From: Lama glama
Lineage: Eukaryota
NCBI GenBank assembly: GCA_028534125.1
Contig: CM052824.1
Span: 58,404,001 to 58,468,000 of the forward strand
DNA length: 64,000 bases
Reading direction: 5' to 3'
The notes beneath the pieces were generated by a model that was not told the origin of the DNA, did not search any database, and was given only the letters and a program-made list of their open reading frames with translations. The number at the start of each line of letters is the position of its first letter. Position 1 is the stretch's first letter. This document shows, piece by piece, positions 37,576-55,000 of this stretch. Made by a program: the position numbers and the translations under genes.

Positions 37576-38809
37576 CTAATAGGTAAAAAAAAATAGGAGA
37601 TAATATTCCAGTTAGGTTTTGAAGGATGAGTAGAAGTTTGCCAGGGGGAAGAAAAGAAGTGAATTCTAGGCAGGAGCTACTTATTCCTTTAAGGGTCCTC
37701 CTTAGACCTCGTTCCATTTGTTCTCCAAGTCATAATAACGATGGTCAATGTTTATGAGCCAAGATACTAGTCAAAGCTCTTTTCCTTGTATTTTCTCATC
37801 TAATCCTGACAACCTTACAAAGTAGAAAATGTTACCCTAGTAGGAGGTAGAGCTGCTATACAGAACTGGATGGGTTCTTTATAAATAAATGATGCATTAT
37901 TTTCCTCTGGAGGTGGCTGTTTGTTCCTGACACTCGGGCTTCTTTAGCCCATCCGTTCCGGTTTTCATCAATTTGAGTAATAGTTACTGAGCATCTGCCG
38001 TGGGCCCTGCACAGAGAAGGGAACACATCAGCCAAGTACACAAATAAACAAGTCCAATAATGACAGCCTGTGTTAAACGCTCCAAAGGAAAGAAGTGAGA
38101 TGATGTGATGGAGGGTAGCCGGGAGGGGGTGGAGCTGAGGACACACTAGGTAACCATGGGCAGAGCCTCTGGAGGATGAGAAGAAATCAGAACCAAGAAA
38201 AGCCAGGAAGGGTTCAAAGCCGAGGGAACAGCAAGTACAAGGTCCCAGCAGTTGGAATAAATTTAGAGGAAAGTAAAGACCAAAGTGGGTGGAGATGAAG
38301 GGACTCAGGGTGGGGGTGAGGCTGAGGATGGAGTGGGTAAGGGCGGAGAGGGGACAGTGAGGGCGAGGGCTGTGGGTTTGAGTGTAGGGAGGAGGGTGCG
38401 AGGTGAGAGTGGTGTTGTGGAGGTGATGGTGGTCAGCTTGACACTCTAGACTAGAGACTGCAGGAGTCCAGGGAAGGGTGAGGCTGCACACACAGACTGG
38501 GGGAGTCGTGTTTAAGGGCATGAGTCCAGGGCATGCAAAAGGTCAAGTGCAGGTAAAGGCGAGAGGAGCTCTGTGCCCTGTGGCTCTTTCTTGAGTCCAG
38601 GGAGGAGGAAGGAGCAGCAAGGAGACACAGAAGGAGCAGCCAGGGAGGTGGGAGGAGAGACAGGAGAGCCTGAGGTGCTGGGGGCTCCCTGGGAAGAAGG
38701 GTCATCAAGGAGGCGGGAGTGACCTGTGGCGTCCGATGCTAACAGAAGCAGGAAGAGGAGGAGCGAGACCCGACCCCAGTGCTTAGCAGGGGGATGTCAC
38801 CAGTGACCT

Positions 38810-38867
38810 CGATGGGACTAGGGCTTCAACTATGAATTTGGGGGACACAAAATTTGAGTCCATAGTA
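38810..38867 (+). mobile_element. MLT1 (ERVL-MaLR) LTR 3' end fragment
   Basis: agggcttcaactatgaatttgggggacacaaaatttgagtccatag resembles the recalled MLT1 terminus. Confidence 0.5.
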
Positions 38868-38947
38868 AAGAGAGAAAAGGGGTGGTAATTGACAGGGAAT
38901 GCTGGGAGTTGAGAGATTGCTTTTTCCGTTTTAAGATGGGAGATTTT

Positions 38948-39082
38948 CTCAATCTTTTTGGGGGGGATGGGGAGATAATTAGGTTTTTATTTATTTATTA
39001 ATTCAAAGGAGGAACTGAGGATTGAACCCAGACCTCGTGCATGCTAAGCACGCGCTCTACCACTGAACTATACCCTCCCCGC
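38948..39082 (-). mobile_element. tRNA-Ala(AGC)-derived SINE with 16-bp target-site duplication
   Basis: TSD TAAGATGGGAGATTTT at 38932-38947 and 39083-39098; TT|AAAA L1-endonuclease site on the minus strand; A/B boxes and (TAAA)n tail. Confidence 0.92.
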
Positions 39083-40240
39083 TAAGATGGGAGATTTTAA
39101 AAAATGGTTACATGCTAATGGAGAAAATCCAGAAGAAAGGATACATAGATGATTTCATGAGGTGGGGGGCAAGGACTGTTGGAGTGATGTCCTCAAGTAG
39201 ACCAAAGTATGCGAGATGAATGCCCTTATGTCAGGGTTGACCTCAGGTGGGGGCAAGGACCCATTTTCCATAGTAACAGGAGGGAAGGCTGAGTTGGGTA
39301 AAGATGTTGCTGGACGCTTAGATATGAAGGTGGGAGTGTCTGAAAATTCTCTTTGGATTACTTCTATGTTTTCAAAAAAAGAGTAATGGAAGTCATCAGC
39401 TAAGAGGGAGGTTTTGGGGCAAGGGGCTGGCAATCTGATCAGAGGTGGGAAATAGTCATGTAGAGGATTGTCAGGAAGCCCCAAGGCTTGGTCAGAGTTA
39501 GGAGACGTATCTGTCGGGAGAACGCACACTAAAGATTGTTAACTAGGTGCAAGACTTGTATCCTAGGTGACTTGAGGGGTGAAATAAGAACCGTAGCTAC
39601 TGCAGGCAGGAAGCAGCTACCACTACTAGACTGGTTTTATTAAAATGTAGAAACTTGAAGGAGGGGGCCCAGGAAACTGATATCTTGAGGAGGAGGTGTT
39701 GCTCAGCTGGGGCTCGTGTCTCTGGGGAGAAGAAAAAGAGGCTGGTTCTACAAGTGTTGGAATAACTGCAAACTGGATTCAATGGCTGTTTCTGGAATGT
39801 TGCAAGTGGTACTACCAGGATAAAGACTCAGGAGTAGGTGACAGCAACAGAGCAGGAACAAGCAGGAAGGAAACAAAGAAGTCTCTTCCTCCTCCAGTCT
39901 TCCCTCTGAGCCCATTGAAAGGGACCCAAGCAGGGGCAGCTGGCAAAGCAGAAATGTGGTTTGTAGTCAAGAATAGCGGGGGGCTTGCAGCTTGGTCAGC
40001 TGGCAGAGTAACCCTGAGCGTAAACCTACACCAGTCAGCATTGTTTTCTTCCACCATGATAAGCCAGGATTGGGCTTCTACTAGGTGAATACGCGGCAGC
40101 CAGGTAAAGAGAGTAGAGGGTGTGTGTAACTGCGTGATTACAACTCAGGACCCTGGAATGTAAATGCTAAGGACACGAGGGGGTGAGAGTGAGTGAAAGT
40201 GATCCAGTCCATGGACTATAGGTCTGGGGATGAAGGACCT

Positions 40241-40400
40241 TACCACTCAACTTCGGTCCATGGACCAGCAGAAGCAGCAGCATCTCCTGGGAGCTTTTGA
40301 GAAATGCAGAATCCCAAGCCACTGAGACCCACTGAATTGGAATCTGCATTTTAACGAGAGTCCCAAGTGATTCCTGGGATGCCAGTTTGAGAATGGCTGG
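40241..40400 (+). mobile_element. MER5A (hAT-Charlie) remnant
   Basis: ggtccatggaccagcag...cagcatctcctgggagctttt gagaaatgcagaat...ctgcattttaac...gtgatt...gtttgagaa matches the recalled MER5A layout. Confidence 0.7.
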
Positions 40401-41020
40401 CAGAAGAGATTTTGGAACTGGGAAACTATTCGGCATGAACAGGAAAGCTAGGAGGTGGTGATCGGAGGGTAGGCGGCTTGAACTTGAAGTTGTGAAGAGT
40501 GTATCTGCAGCAAAGAGGTCTAGAGCACCTGGGCACCAGCTTTCTGGTTGGGCTCTTTGGGTAGGAAGAAGCCAAGTGCGCTCGGGCATTAAGACCCAGG
40601 GGCCAGAAGGGCCTCACCTCCCCAAATTAGCAGGTTCAACTCCCATCCCACTAGCTGGAAACTTATGTTTTATTGAGTTTCCTTATTTATTTTTTCTTTC
40701 TAAGACTTTCAAATGTAGAGCGAACCCCTTTATTTTTCTTTGGGCTCGTCCATTCTGGCCCCCCCCCCTCCGATCATTCACAGTGGGACAGGCCACCCAG
40801 CCTCCTTCCTCCCCCTGGAATCCTCTGGGCGGGTGAGAGGGCGGGTTTTGCATTCAGGCAAAATAATCGCTTCGCGAGCGTACAGAACAGGGCGAAATGG
40901 TGGAGACCGAGGGGGCGTGGCAGAGCGATTGGTACGGTCTCAGCCGGGCGTGCTCTGCGCGCTGCGGGCTCTTTGCGTCTGCGTAGTTCACTCACCTCCC
41001 TTTCTGCCTCCGCTGCCGCC

Positions 41021-47370
<6,350 letters not shown>

Positions 47371-47404
47371 AACAATTATCTGGAATATTTTGTATGAATT
47401 ATTG

Positions 47405-47410
47405 AATAAA
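47405..47410 (+). terminator. RPL22 proximal poly(A) signal AATAAA
   Basis: AATAAA 34 nt after the stop codon. Confidence 0.75.
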
Positions 47411-49039
47411 ACTTAGGAACCAAAATGGTGGTTTTCCTTGTATCTCTGCAGTGTGGACTGAACAGAAAATCAGAAAGCATAGCAAGAGGGCTTCACTTGG
47501 GCTGCCACTCACTCACTTGTAATTAGACTTTTTTTCCTACTTGAAGATTTCAATTCTTGTGGTAGTAATGCCAAAAATAGATGGGTAAGACTCCTTCGAG
47601 GGAACTGACTGCTATTTGACATTGAGCAGGTGGATGAGGATGCGGAGATGTCAGTTCAGTTAGTCACTATTTTACACCAAAAAGGGTGAGTCAGTTTCAT
47701 CTGGTACTTATCTCAAAGATTCAGGAATGCAAACATGGAAACTCCTCATTCACTGAAAGCAGAACCAGTGACTTGTTTCTGCGTTCTCTTCCTTTGGGAA
47801 AATGGCAGTCAATACAATGCAGGGTTCTGGGGCGTTTGTCTTCATTTTGTGGTTACAAATTACTTTTTTTTTTTTTTTGCAATTACTCTTGATGCACACA
47901 ATTACTATGTATGTTAATCCTTTTTCTTCCTGTAGGCATGTGGTCCTCTGGCGTTGCTGTGTGTTCTTCTACCCCTCAGGAAAGGGTCCCAAGACCAATT
48001 GTAAAAACCCAGGTTTTCAATTAAGTAGAAGTCTATGAAATAGAAATTTGTAAACAATCATTGTTTCTGCAATTCTTTGGGCCAGACTGTCACTTTGACC
48101 CCCAGCAGGGGGAGCTGGAGATGCAGAACTTCCCGGGGTGGGCATCTGAGGTGCCCCAGGATCTGGATTGGAAATCTTTATGCCCCAGCTCTGGAGTCTT
48201 TTCACGGGGGCAGGTGTGAAGAGAGGAGACTGGGAGACAGTTCATGCTGAAGAGGCAGAAGCACTGAGACGCCCTGGGAGTAGTTGCTCCTGTGCCATTT
48301 AGGCCTTGACTGGGCTTAATGTCAAAACTCATTCTACAAACTGACATTAAGCAGGACTGAACTGAAAGGGGTGTTCCTGTGGGATACTGGGGGTTCTGTT
48401 GCTATGTGTGCTGAGGCTAGAGATGTGTGAAGGGTTATTAATGAGGTTGTAAAGATCTAATTGTTGCTGACAAAATCAAGAGACATTGAAAAGAGACCCT
48501 GATGCCTTATGGTGCCCTTCTGAAAATTCTGCAGAAATGTCTATTGTCTCAAGACAATGGTGTGTCAAATTCATGGTTTTCAAGAGCTTGCCTGCAGCTA
48601 ATTTCCATCTGAGATTCTTGTGCTCTTGCTAGTTGCATAGCTGGAAGTTAAACGTACCTGGGCTCCAATGTAACATTTGGTGCTCCTTGGATTGAATTTA
48701 ACATGTTGAGGCTTTGCAATTTCATTTGTGGTAAAGGCGCTAGCATTTTCTATTTCTATGCAAATTTCTTGAAGCAGAATTGTTTGCATGTTTCTCTGCC
48801 CTCAGAGAAGGCAGAGTTTCTTTCAAATTTAACTGAGGCATCAGTTGCTCTTTGGTGCTCTCTCCCTTACCATGATTAACTTTGTTAGCAAGTTTGTGAC
48901 TTGGGTTTGCAAATTCTACTGTTTGTTCATTGATGTACCCTTGTAGTAATTCTTAGTTTAGTTGTTAAAAAAAAATTAACTCTGGGCTGAAATTAGCATA
49001 TAAGTTTTTTTTTCAATACACCCAGATTTTAAAACTTGT

Positions 49040-49118
49040 AATAAAATGGAAACTCATTGGTTTTTTCTATGCCTTTTTGAACTCTTGTAATTGAGTTTTG
49101 ATCACATTTTATATTAAA
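49040..49118 (+). terminator. RPL22 candidate distal poly(A) signals (AATAAA 49040-49045, ATTAAA 49113-49118)
   Basis: Two hexamers at the end of an AT-rich stretch about 1.7 kb long, followed by U-rich tracts. Confidence 0.55.
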
Positions 49119-49394
49119 GTGGCTAACACATGGCTACTATTGTGCAAGGCTTTTTTTTTTTTTTAAGGATTGGCACATTAATCTGTTTAGCAGCAAAAAT
49201 TTGGTGGTTTGTCCTCACTGATTAATGGCTGTACGAACAATGACCTTGGACTTCATTAAGTCTGACAAGAACATGAGTCTTTTATTCCCATTTTCTTACC
49301 TTAGTTCTGCTGCTGAGCCTCAGTGAGGGTCTAGGGTGACCGTAAGGGACTCTCCATGTAGAATTTCTTCAGACCAGAGCCTAGGGAGTAACTT

Positions 49395-49894
49395 NNNNNN
49401 NNNNNNNNNNNNNNNNNNNNNNNNNNNNNNNNNNNNNNNNNNNNNNNNNNNNNNNNNNNNNNNNNNNNNNNNNNNNNNNNNNNNNNNNNNNNNNNNNNNN
49501 NNNNNNNNNNNNNNNNNNNNNNNNNNNNNNNNNNNNNNNNNNNNNNNNNNNNNNNNNNNNNNNNNNNNNNNNNNNNNNNNNNNNNNNNNNNNNNNNNNNN
49601 NNNNNNNNNNNNNNNNNNNNNNNNNNNNNNNNNNNNNNNNNNNNNNNNNNNNNNNNNNNNNNNNNNNNNNNNNNNNNNNNNNNNNNNNNNNNNNNNNNNN
49701 NNNNNNNNNNNNNNNNNNNNNNNNNNNNNNNNNNNNNNNNNNNNNNNNNNNNNNNNNNNNNNNNNNNNNNNNNNNNNNNNNNNNNNNNNNNNNNNNNNNN
49801 NNNNNNNNNNNNNNNNNNNNNNNNNNNNNNNNNNNNNNNNNNNNNNNNNNNNNNNNNNNNNNNNNNNNNNNNNNNNNNNNNNNNNNNNNNNNNN
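49395..49894. other. Assembly gap (500 N, probably placeholder size)
   Basis: Round-number N run between RPL22 and CHD5. Confidence 0.98.
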
Positions 49895-49899
49895 CTGTG

Positions 49900-52000
49900 G
49901 GATCCCGGCGACGACTGGGTGTCCAGTGGGTACCCCTAAACGTGTCTGACCCCAGGCAGTGCAGTGAGGGTGCTCTCTCTACTGGCTCTTCTAGGGTTAG
50001 GCTGCCGGCCGCCCTGCCCGCCACTGAAACTTTTGCGTTTCTAGAGTAGCTTTAAGGCTTGCTGCAGCAGAGAGACTGGCGGCGCTCATTTAAAATTCCA
50101 GTCTTGCTCCCGAGGGCTTTGGCCTCCATCTTCACCTTTAACAACCAAGGGCTGGTGGCGCGGCTCCTTCCCGCTCCGCGACAGGTGTCGCTTCTGAGCG
50201 AGAGTTTTGGGCACAGAGAACGAAGATCCGTATCACCCCCGGGGGCCTGGATGTGTTTATAAAGGGGGCCCCGCTGGGAGGGGCGTTTTGGAAGAGGGCT
50301 CGTGGGCAGTGGGAGCGCGGTGCGATGAGGTGAGGGCGGAGCCAGTCCGCACGGATTTTCCTGAAGGAATCTGACTCGCTCTCTCCAGAGCGACCCTTCC
50401 CCAAGTAGGGAACGCATTTTTCTTCTAATCCTCTTTGGAAACGGGGTTAGAAGCATGTTGCGGCTGGAGCCGGTGCGGGGCGACGAGGGTCTCGGTGCGT
50501 GTGAGCGGAGTGCTGGGACTCGCCGCCCTTTGCCCCGGAGACCCCGCCTCTGCGCACTTGGGGACCCTGGGGCCTAGGGCCTTCCCGGGCTGGGGAGGCG
50601 GCAGCAGCGGGCCCTGTGCGGGGTGCGCGGGCCGGGGTTTCCCTGCCTTCGGCTGGGCCCGGCCCGCTCAAGTCCCAGCAGCCCGCTTGGCCGTCGGGTC
50701 CCCGGGCGCGCGGGAGCCTCGACGGCTCCCCCTGCCGGAACGCCCTGTCCTCACCCCACACCCGGAGGCTCAGGACTAGTCCCCCCAACTTGTTCTCCGC
50801 TGTTAACTAGTCGCGCTGCCGGAACGATGGGATGGGGTTGCCACAGCAACCAGACTGGACGTCACAATCCGGGCATGTGTGCCGCCCCCCCGCCGTGCCG
50901 CCGGCGCTGCCGCCGCCACCTCGGCCGGCTGCGGGACTCCGGCTGCGGGGCGCGGTGGGCGGAGCAGCCCGGGCTTTGCGGGGAGCAAGGCGAACGCGGN
51001 NNNNNNNNNNNNNNNNNNNNNNNNNNNNNNNNNNNNNNNNNNNNNNNNNNNNNNNNNNNNNNNNNNNNNNNNNNNNNNNNNNNNNNNNNNNNNNNNNNNN
51101 NNNNNNNNNNNNNNNNNNNNNNNNNNNNNNNNNNNNNNNNNNNNNNNNNNNNNNNNNNNNNNNCCCTCCCCCCCGCGCCGGGCATGCGGGGCCCGCTGGG
51201 CACCGAGGAGGAGCTGCCGCGGCTGTTCGCGGACGAGATGGAGAACGAGGACGAGATGTCAGGTGAGTGGGGCGCTGGCTGCGCCCTGGGCCAGGGCGGC
51301 GAGGGGCGCGGAGAACCGCGGGCCCCCGGAGCCGGACCTCGCGGGCGGCGCTGGCGGCGCGCGGGAGGAGGCGCGGGGCTGCGGGCTGCGCTCCCGCCCT
51401 GCTGCCGCCGCGCGGCCAAGGGCGCGGGGCTGGGCGAGCGCTGGGGCGCGGCGCGCGGGCCGCCAAGGGCGGGCGCGATCGGGGCCACCCGGGCCGCGGC
51501 GCGGGCGGAGAACGGCGGGGGGCCTGCGCCGGGCGCCCGAAGCGAGGAGGGGGCGCGGCGCCGCGAGGGTCAGCCCGCGTGCCCTTGAAGGGGGCGGAAT
51601 CGCTTTCGGTTGATGATGCCGCGCACTCCGCGCTCTCGCCCCGCGCCGCGAACGCCTGGCCTTGCGGGGGCTGGCGGGACCCCATACCCGGCCCCGGCCT
51701 ATCTGCCCCAGGGTGGGCTGGGTGGGGCCCGGAGCCGGGCGAGGACCGGACGTGCTAGGGGACCCGGCGAGCGCCCTGGCTGGGGTGGCTTCCCTCCAGG
51801 CTCACGAGGGCTCCAGGCTGAGGCGCGCGGGCTCGGACTCCCGCTCCCCTTCCCCGGCCGCTGGGTGCCGTGACTGCCAAACACTTTGCCCGGGCCGCCG
51901 GCGTCGTCCTGGCGCGCCCTAGCGCCGGCCGGCGTCTCCAGCCCACGGTCGCCCGGGTAGTGGCGTTCCCAGCCCACCCTGCTTTGGCTCCAGGCCTGAC
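49900..52000. promoter_or_regulatory. CHD5 promoter CpG island
   Basis: CpG-dense around exon 1; includes an X-box (50837-50850) and a CRE-like GACGTCA (50858-50864). Confidence 0.8.
51000..51164. other. Assembly gap (165 N) in CHD5 5' UTR/promoter
   Basis: N run ending 19 nt before the CHD5 ATG. Confidence 0.99.
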
Positions 52001-55000
52001 TCCCAGGGCCACCGCCCCTGCCCTTCCATCCGTCTCAGAATTCAGCATAAACAGGGCTTGTGCGTCAGGGGTAACCTCGCAGGATCGTTCTTTAGTTAAC
52101 TGCTCACCGTTTGTTTGGGACAGTTCACCTCCTGGCGCAGCTGGGCAGGGCCTCACCCTGTCAACCAGCCGTCCTCCTTCCCTTCCGGGGGTCTCTGCTA
52201 CTTCTCAGCTTCCCTTCACCAAGTCAGTGGCCCCTCCTGGGCTCCTGAGAGACTTGTGGGAGGGGCAGGAGCCCTCCGTGACCCTGGAGTGTGCTGTCTG
52301 GCCCCAGGAGTCCCTTCCTGGGGGGGGGGAGAATATTCCACAGATTGGCACCTCAGTTTCTGTGCGCAGGAGGTGAGAAGGGGAGGGCCTGGGGGCGGCA
52401 GCTCGGGCTGCTCAGCCTCTTCCTAGTTAGGGGATTCCCACCAGGTGGCCACGCCCACTGGGGGGTCCTCCCTCACTCTCAACTTGTTCGCTTGCTTTAA
52501 TCACTGTGGCTGGGGCCTTATCGTGCCTTTCAGACAGTTTGGCCAAGTTTGCAAAGCGCCTGCTGGGGTGAAGGAAGTGGGGGTGAGGTGGCTCCACGTG
52601 AGCGGTGTTGCTTGGATAATAGTTGACTGTTACATCCTGGAGTCCAGGGAATTAAGCCCATTTCCCAGAAGGAAACACAGAGACCCAGCACAGGCACTGA
52701 AATCCATGGCTGTTTTCTACCCAGGAAGCTCGCTCCGTGGTAAGCTGCTCACTGGCTTCCTCGGTATGTGGCTCCCAGTGGTGCTCAGGGCGTGGCCCTT
52801 TGTAGCCCTGATGGGGGCAGTGGACGGCTGGACATGAATTAACAGTCTTATTTCTGGGACTTCACCCAACCCCCTGATCGGTTGCCCTATCCCCCTTTCC
52901 CACACACTCTGGCTCAACCTGGCTGTGTCAGGGCTCGGAAGGTGGGGAGGGGAGGAGGTCAGGGAAGGTGCCCTTAGGCTAGCGGGCACCCAAGTCACTC
53001 TGTTTGGGCCAGAGGGGTTGGGCTTTGGTCAAGGTCGCCTGCCCACCACCTTTTCTCCCTTCTGCTTTCTCCTGTTGCCCCAGGGCAGGGCTTGGGAGTG
53101 GGATTGTCCCCAGGGCCTCTAGGAACGTCCCCAAAGCCCTGCAGAGCAGAGCCTGCAGCCTGTCCTTCAGAGGACCAGATGCTCCACATCCAGAGCATGT
53201 CCTGAGCCTTCCTGAGCTCCCGGCTCCTCTCTGTTTCCCTGGTACAAGCCACAGTCCCTTCTGGCTGGTCTGCTCCAGAGCCTCCTAACCAGTCCTCACT
53301 GATCACCCCACCAGCAGCCAGGGTCACCTTTAGAAACACAAATCAGGCACAGACCCCCACAGCTTGGCTCAGCTGCAAAGCCCCTGTTCTCGTTCACCCT
53401 CACCTTCTTGTTCACACACTGTCCTCCTTGCTTCTGGAATCGGCCAAGCTCCATCCTGCCCCAAGCGCTGGCTGTGACCTCTGCTAGACCTGCTCTTTCC
53501 TTGGTGCGCAACTGCCTCCTTCCTGCTGGTTAGGTCCCAGCTCAAATGTCACCACAGGGAGGCCCTCCTGGCTCAGGTGTGGCCCCTCCCCGGTCATTCT
53601 CAGGCCCATTTTAATGCTTTATTTTCTTGGCAGCGCTGCCTACTCCCTGGAATATTGTCATCAGCTGACTTCTGTGTTCATGGGCTCTTCCCTTGGGTGT
53701 GACTCCCTTGACCACCTGCTGTGCCTGGCGCCTGGCACTGTGGGTGCTACAGAGAGGGTTGTGGTCTCCGTGTCTGAGGGCTGGGAGTCCCTGGGTCACC
53801 CTGGCTTCTGGACATGATGACAGCCTCGCCCAAACCTCATGTCTCCCCTGAAGCTCTGGCTGGTCGCCGGCCCCCCGAGTCTTCCACGCAGCCTCTCTGC
53901 AGCCCTCGGCCTGAGCTCCTGGCTGGGGCCCGCAGGGACCTAGAGCCAGCAGGTCCCACACATGGCCATTTGGGGGTAGAGGAGCCAGTGTGCTGGGAGC
54001 TGTCACACTGAGTTTCACATCTCCTGCAGGGGACTCACTACATGTCAAATCTCCTCTTGTCACTCTGCCTGGGTTCTCGTTTGGCACCCAGGTTTGGCCT
54101 GGCCAGCTCTGTGCCGCTGAGGCAGGTGGGCGAGCCTACTCCGAGGAGGCAGGCAGGGTAGGTGCCTGCCTGTCGGGCTCACGGACCCCAGCTGCCAGAT
54201 TCTCCTGGGGATTCAAAGAGAGGGCTCAAGAGTCGGGGGGCCCTGCCTCTCCTGCTTGTTTGCGGTCTGACCTGGGCCAGCTCCCCAGTCCCTCTGCCTC
54301 AGTGTCCCACTTCTAGAATGGGGCTGCAGTACCAGCTACCTCATAGAGGGTTATTATGAGGACTGGTGAGATGGTGCATGTGGAACATTTAGGTCACAGT
54401 GCCCAGCACATAATAGGGGCCCAATAAAGTGTGGCTTATAATTAGCACCATCCAAGGGGGGCTGTTGGCCTGCCTTCCCCAAGGAAATGCTTCCAAGACT
54501 TGCCCCCTCATCCAGTAAGTTGGGGGGCCTGGGAGAGGCTGGAGTGGGGGTGGGAGGAGAGGGGCTCTGTGTCCTAGGCCTTTTCCTCAGAAATCCCTGC
54601 CTGGTAGGCCCAGCCCTTCCTCCACATACGCAATCAGAGGAGCGGGTTTCCTAGAGCTGGTGAGCCCAGCTTCTCTCCTGGCCGGGCAATATGACCACTC
54701 TGGCCCTTGACTGGCCTGTTCCCTGGTAGCCCATAGGACAGGCTCCAGCCATGAGAGCATCTAAGCTTCTTTGGGCCCAGGGACCAGGAGGGAGAGAGCC
54801 ATGATTCCCAAAGGTCTGTTGCCTGCCCCCCCCCGCCCCACGTTGGGGTGATGTGGGTTTGGGCCATCTCAGGGAGCCTGATAATACTTAATCCTTTTTA
54901 CTGGGAGGAGGGAGGTAAAGTAACCAGTGGCTTGGCCTGTGGGAGATTCCCCTCATTCTATATTGATCTATCATTTCATTGATTCATTCAGTCACCCACC

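Larger units (their letters stand above)
37960..40150 (-). mobile_element. Long LINE2 remnant (about 2.2 kb), interrupted by an MLT1 fragment and a SINE
   Basis: L2 3' tail at about 37960-38010; degenerate ORF2 peptides TSLLADDFHYSFFENIEVIQREF (L2 ADDFASYFTEKIEAIR), FPPVTMEN and NADWCRF (L2 HADWCHF); ends approximate. Confidence 0.65.

Noticed and set aside
39155-39529. 124-aa ORF that could look like a novel gene
   Set aside because: The peptide resembles degenerate L2 ORF2 and sits inside a long L2 remnant.
50256-50263. Palindromic TTTATAAA upstream of CHD5
   Set aside because: About 900 bp from the ATG with no supporting initiator identified; CpG-island promoters are usually TATA-less.
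52435-52450. CTCF-like CCCACCAGGTGGCC (and GGCCAGTTGAGGGCGCCA at 37062-37079)
   Set aside because: Mismatches at informative positions; plausible by chance in GC-rich DNA without PWM scoring.
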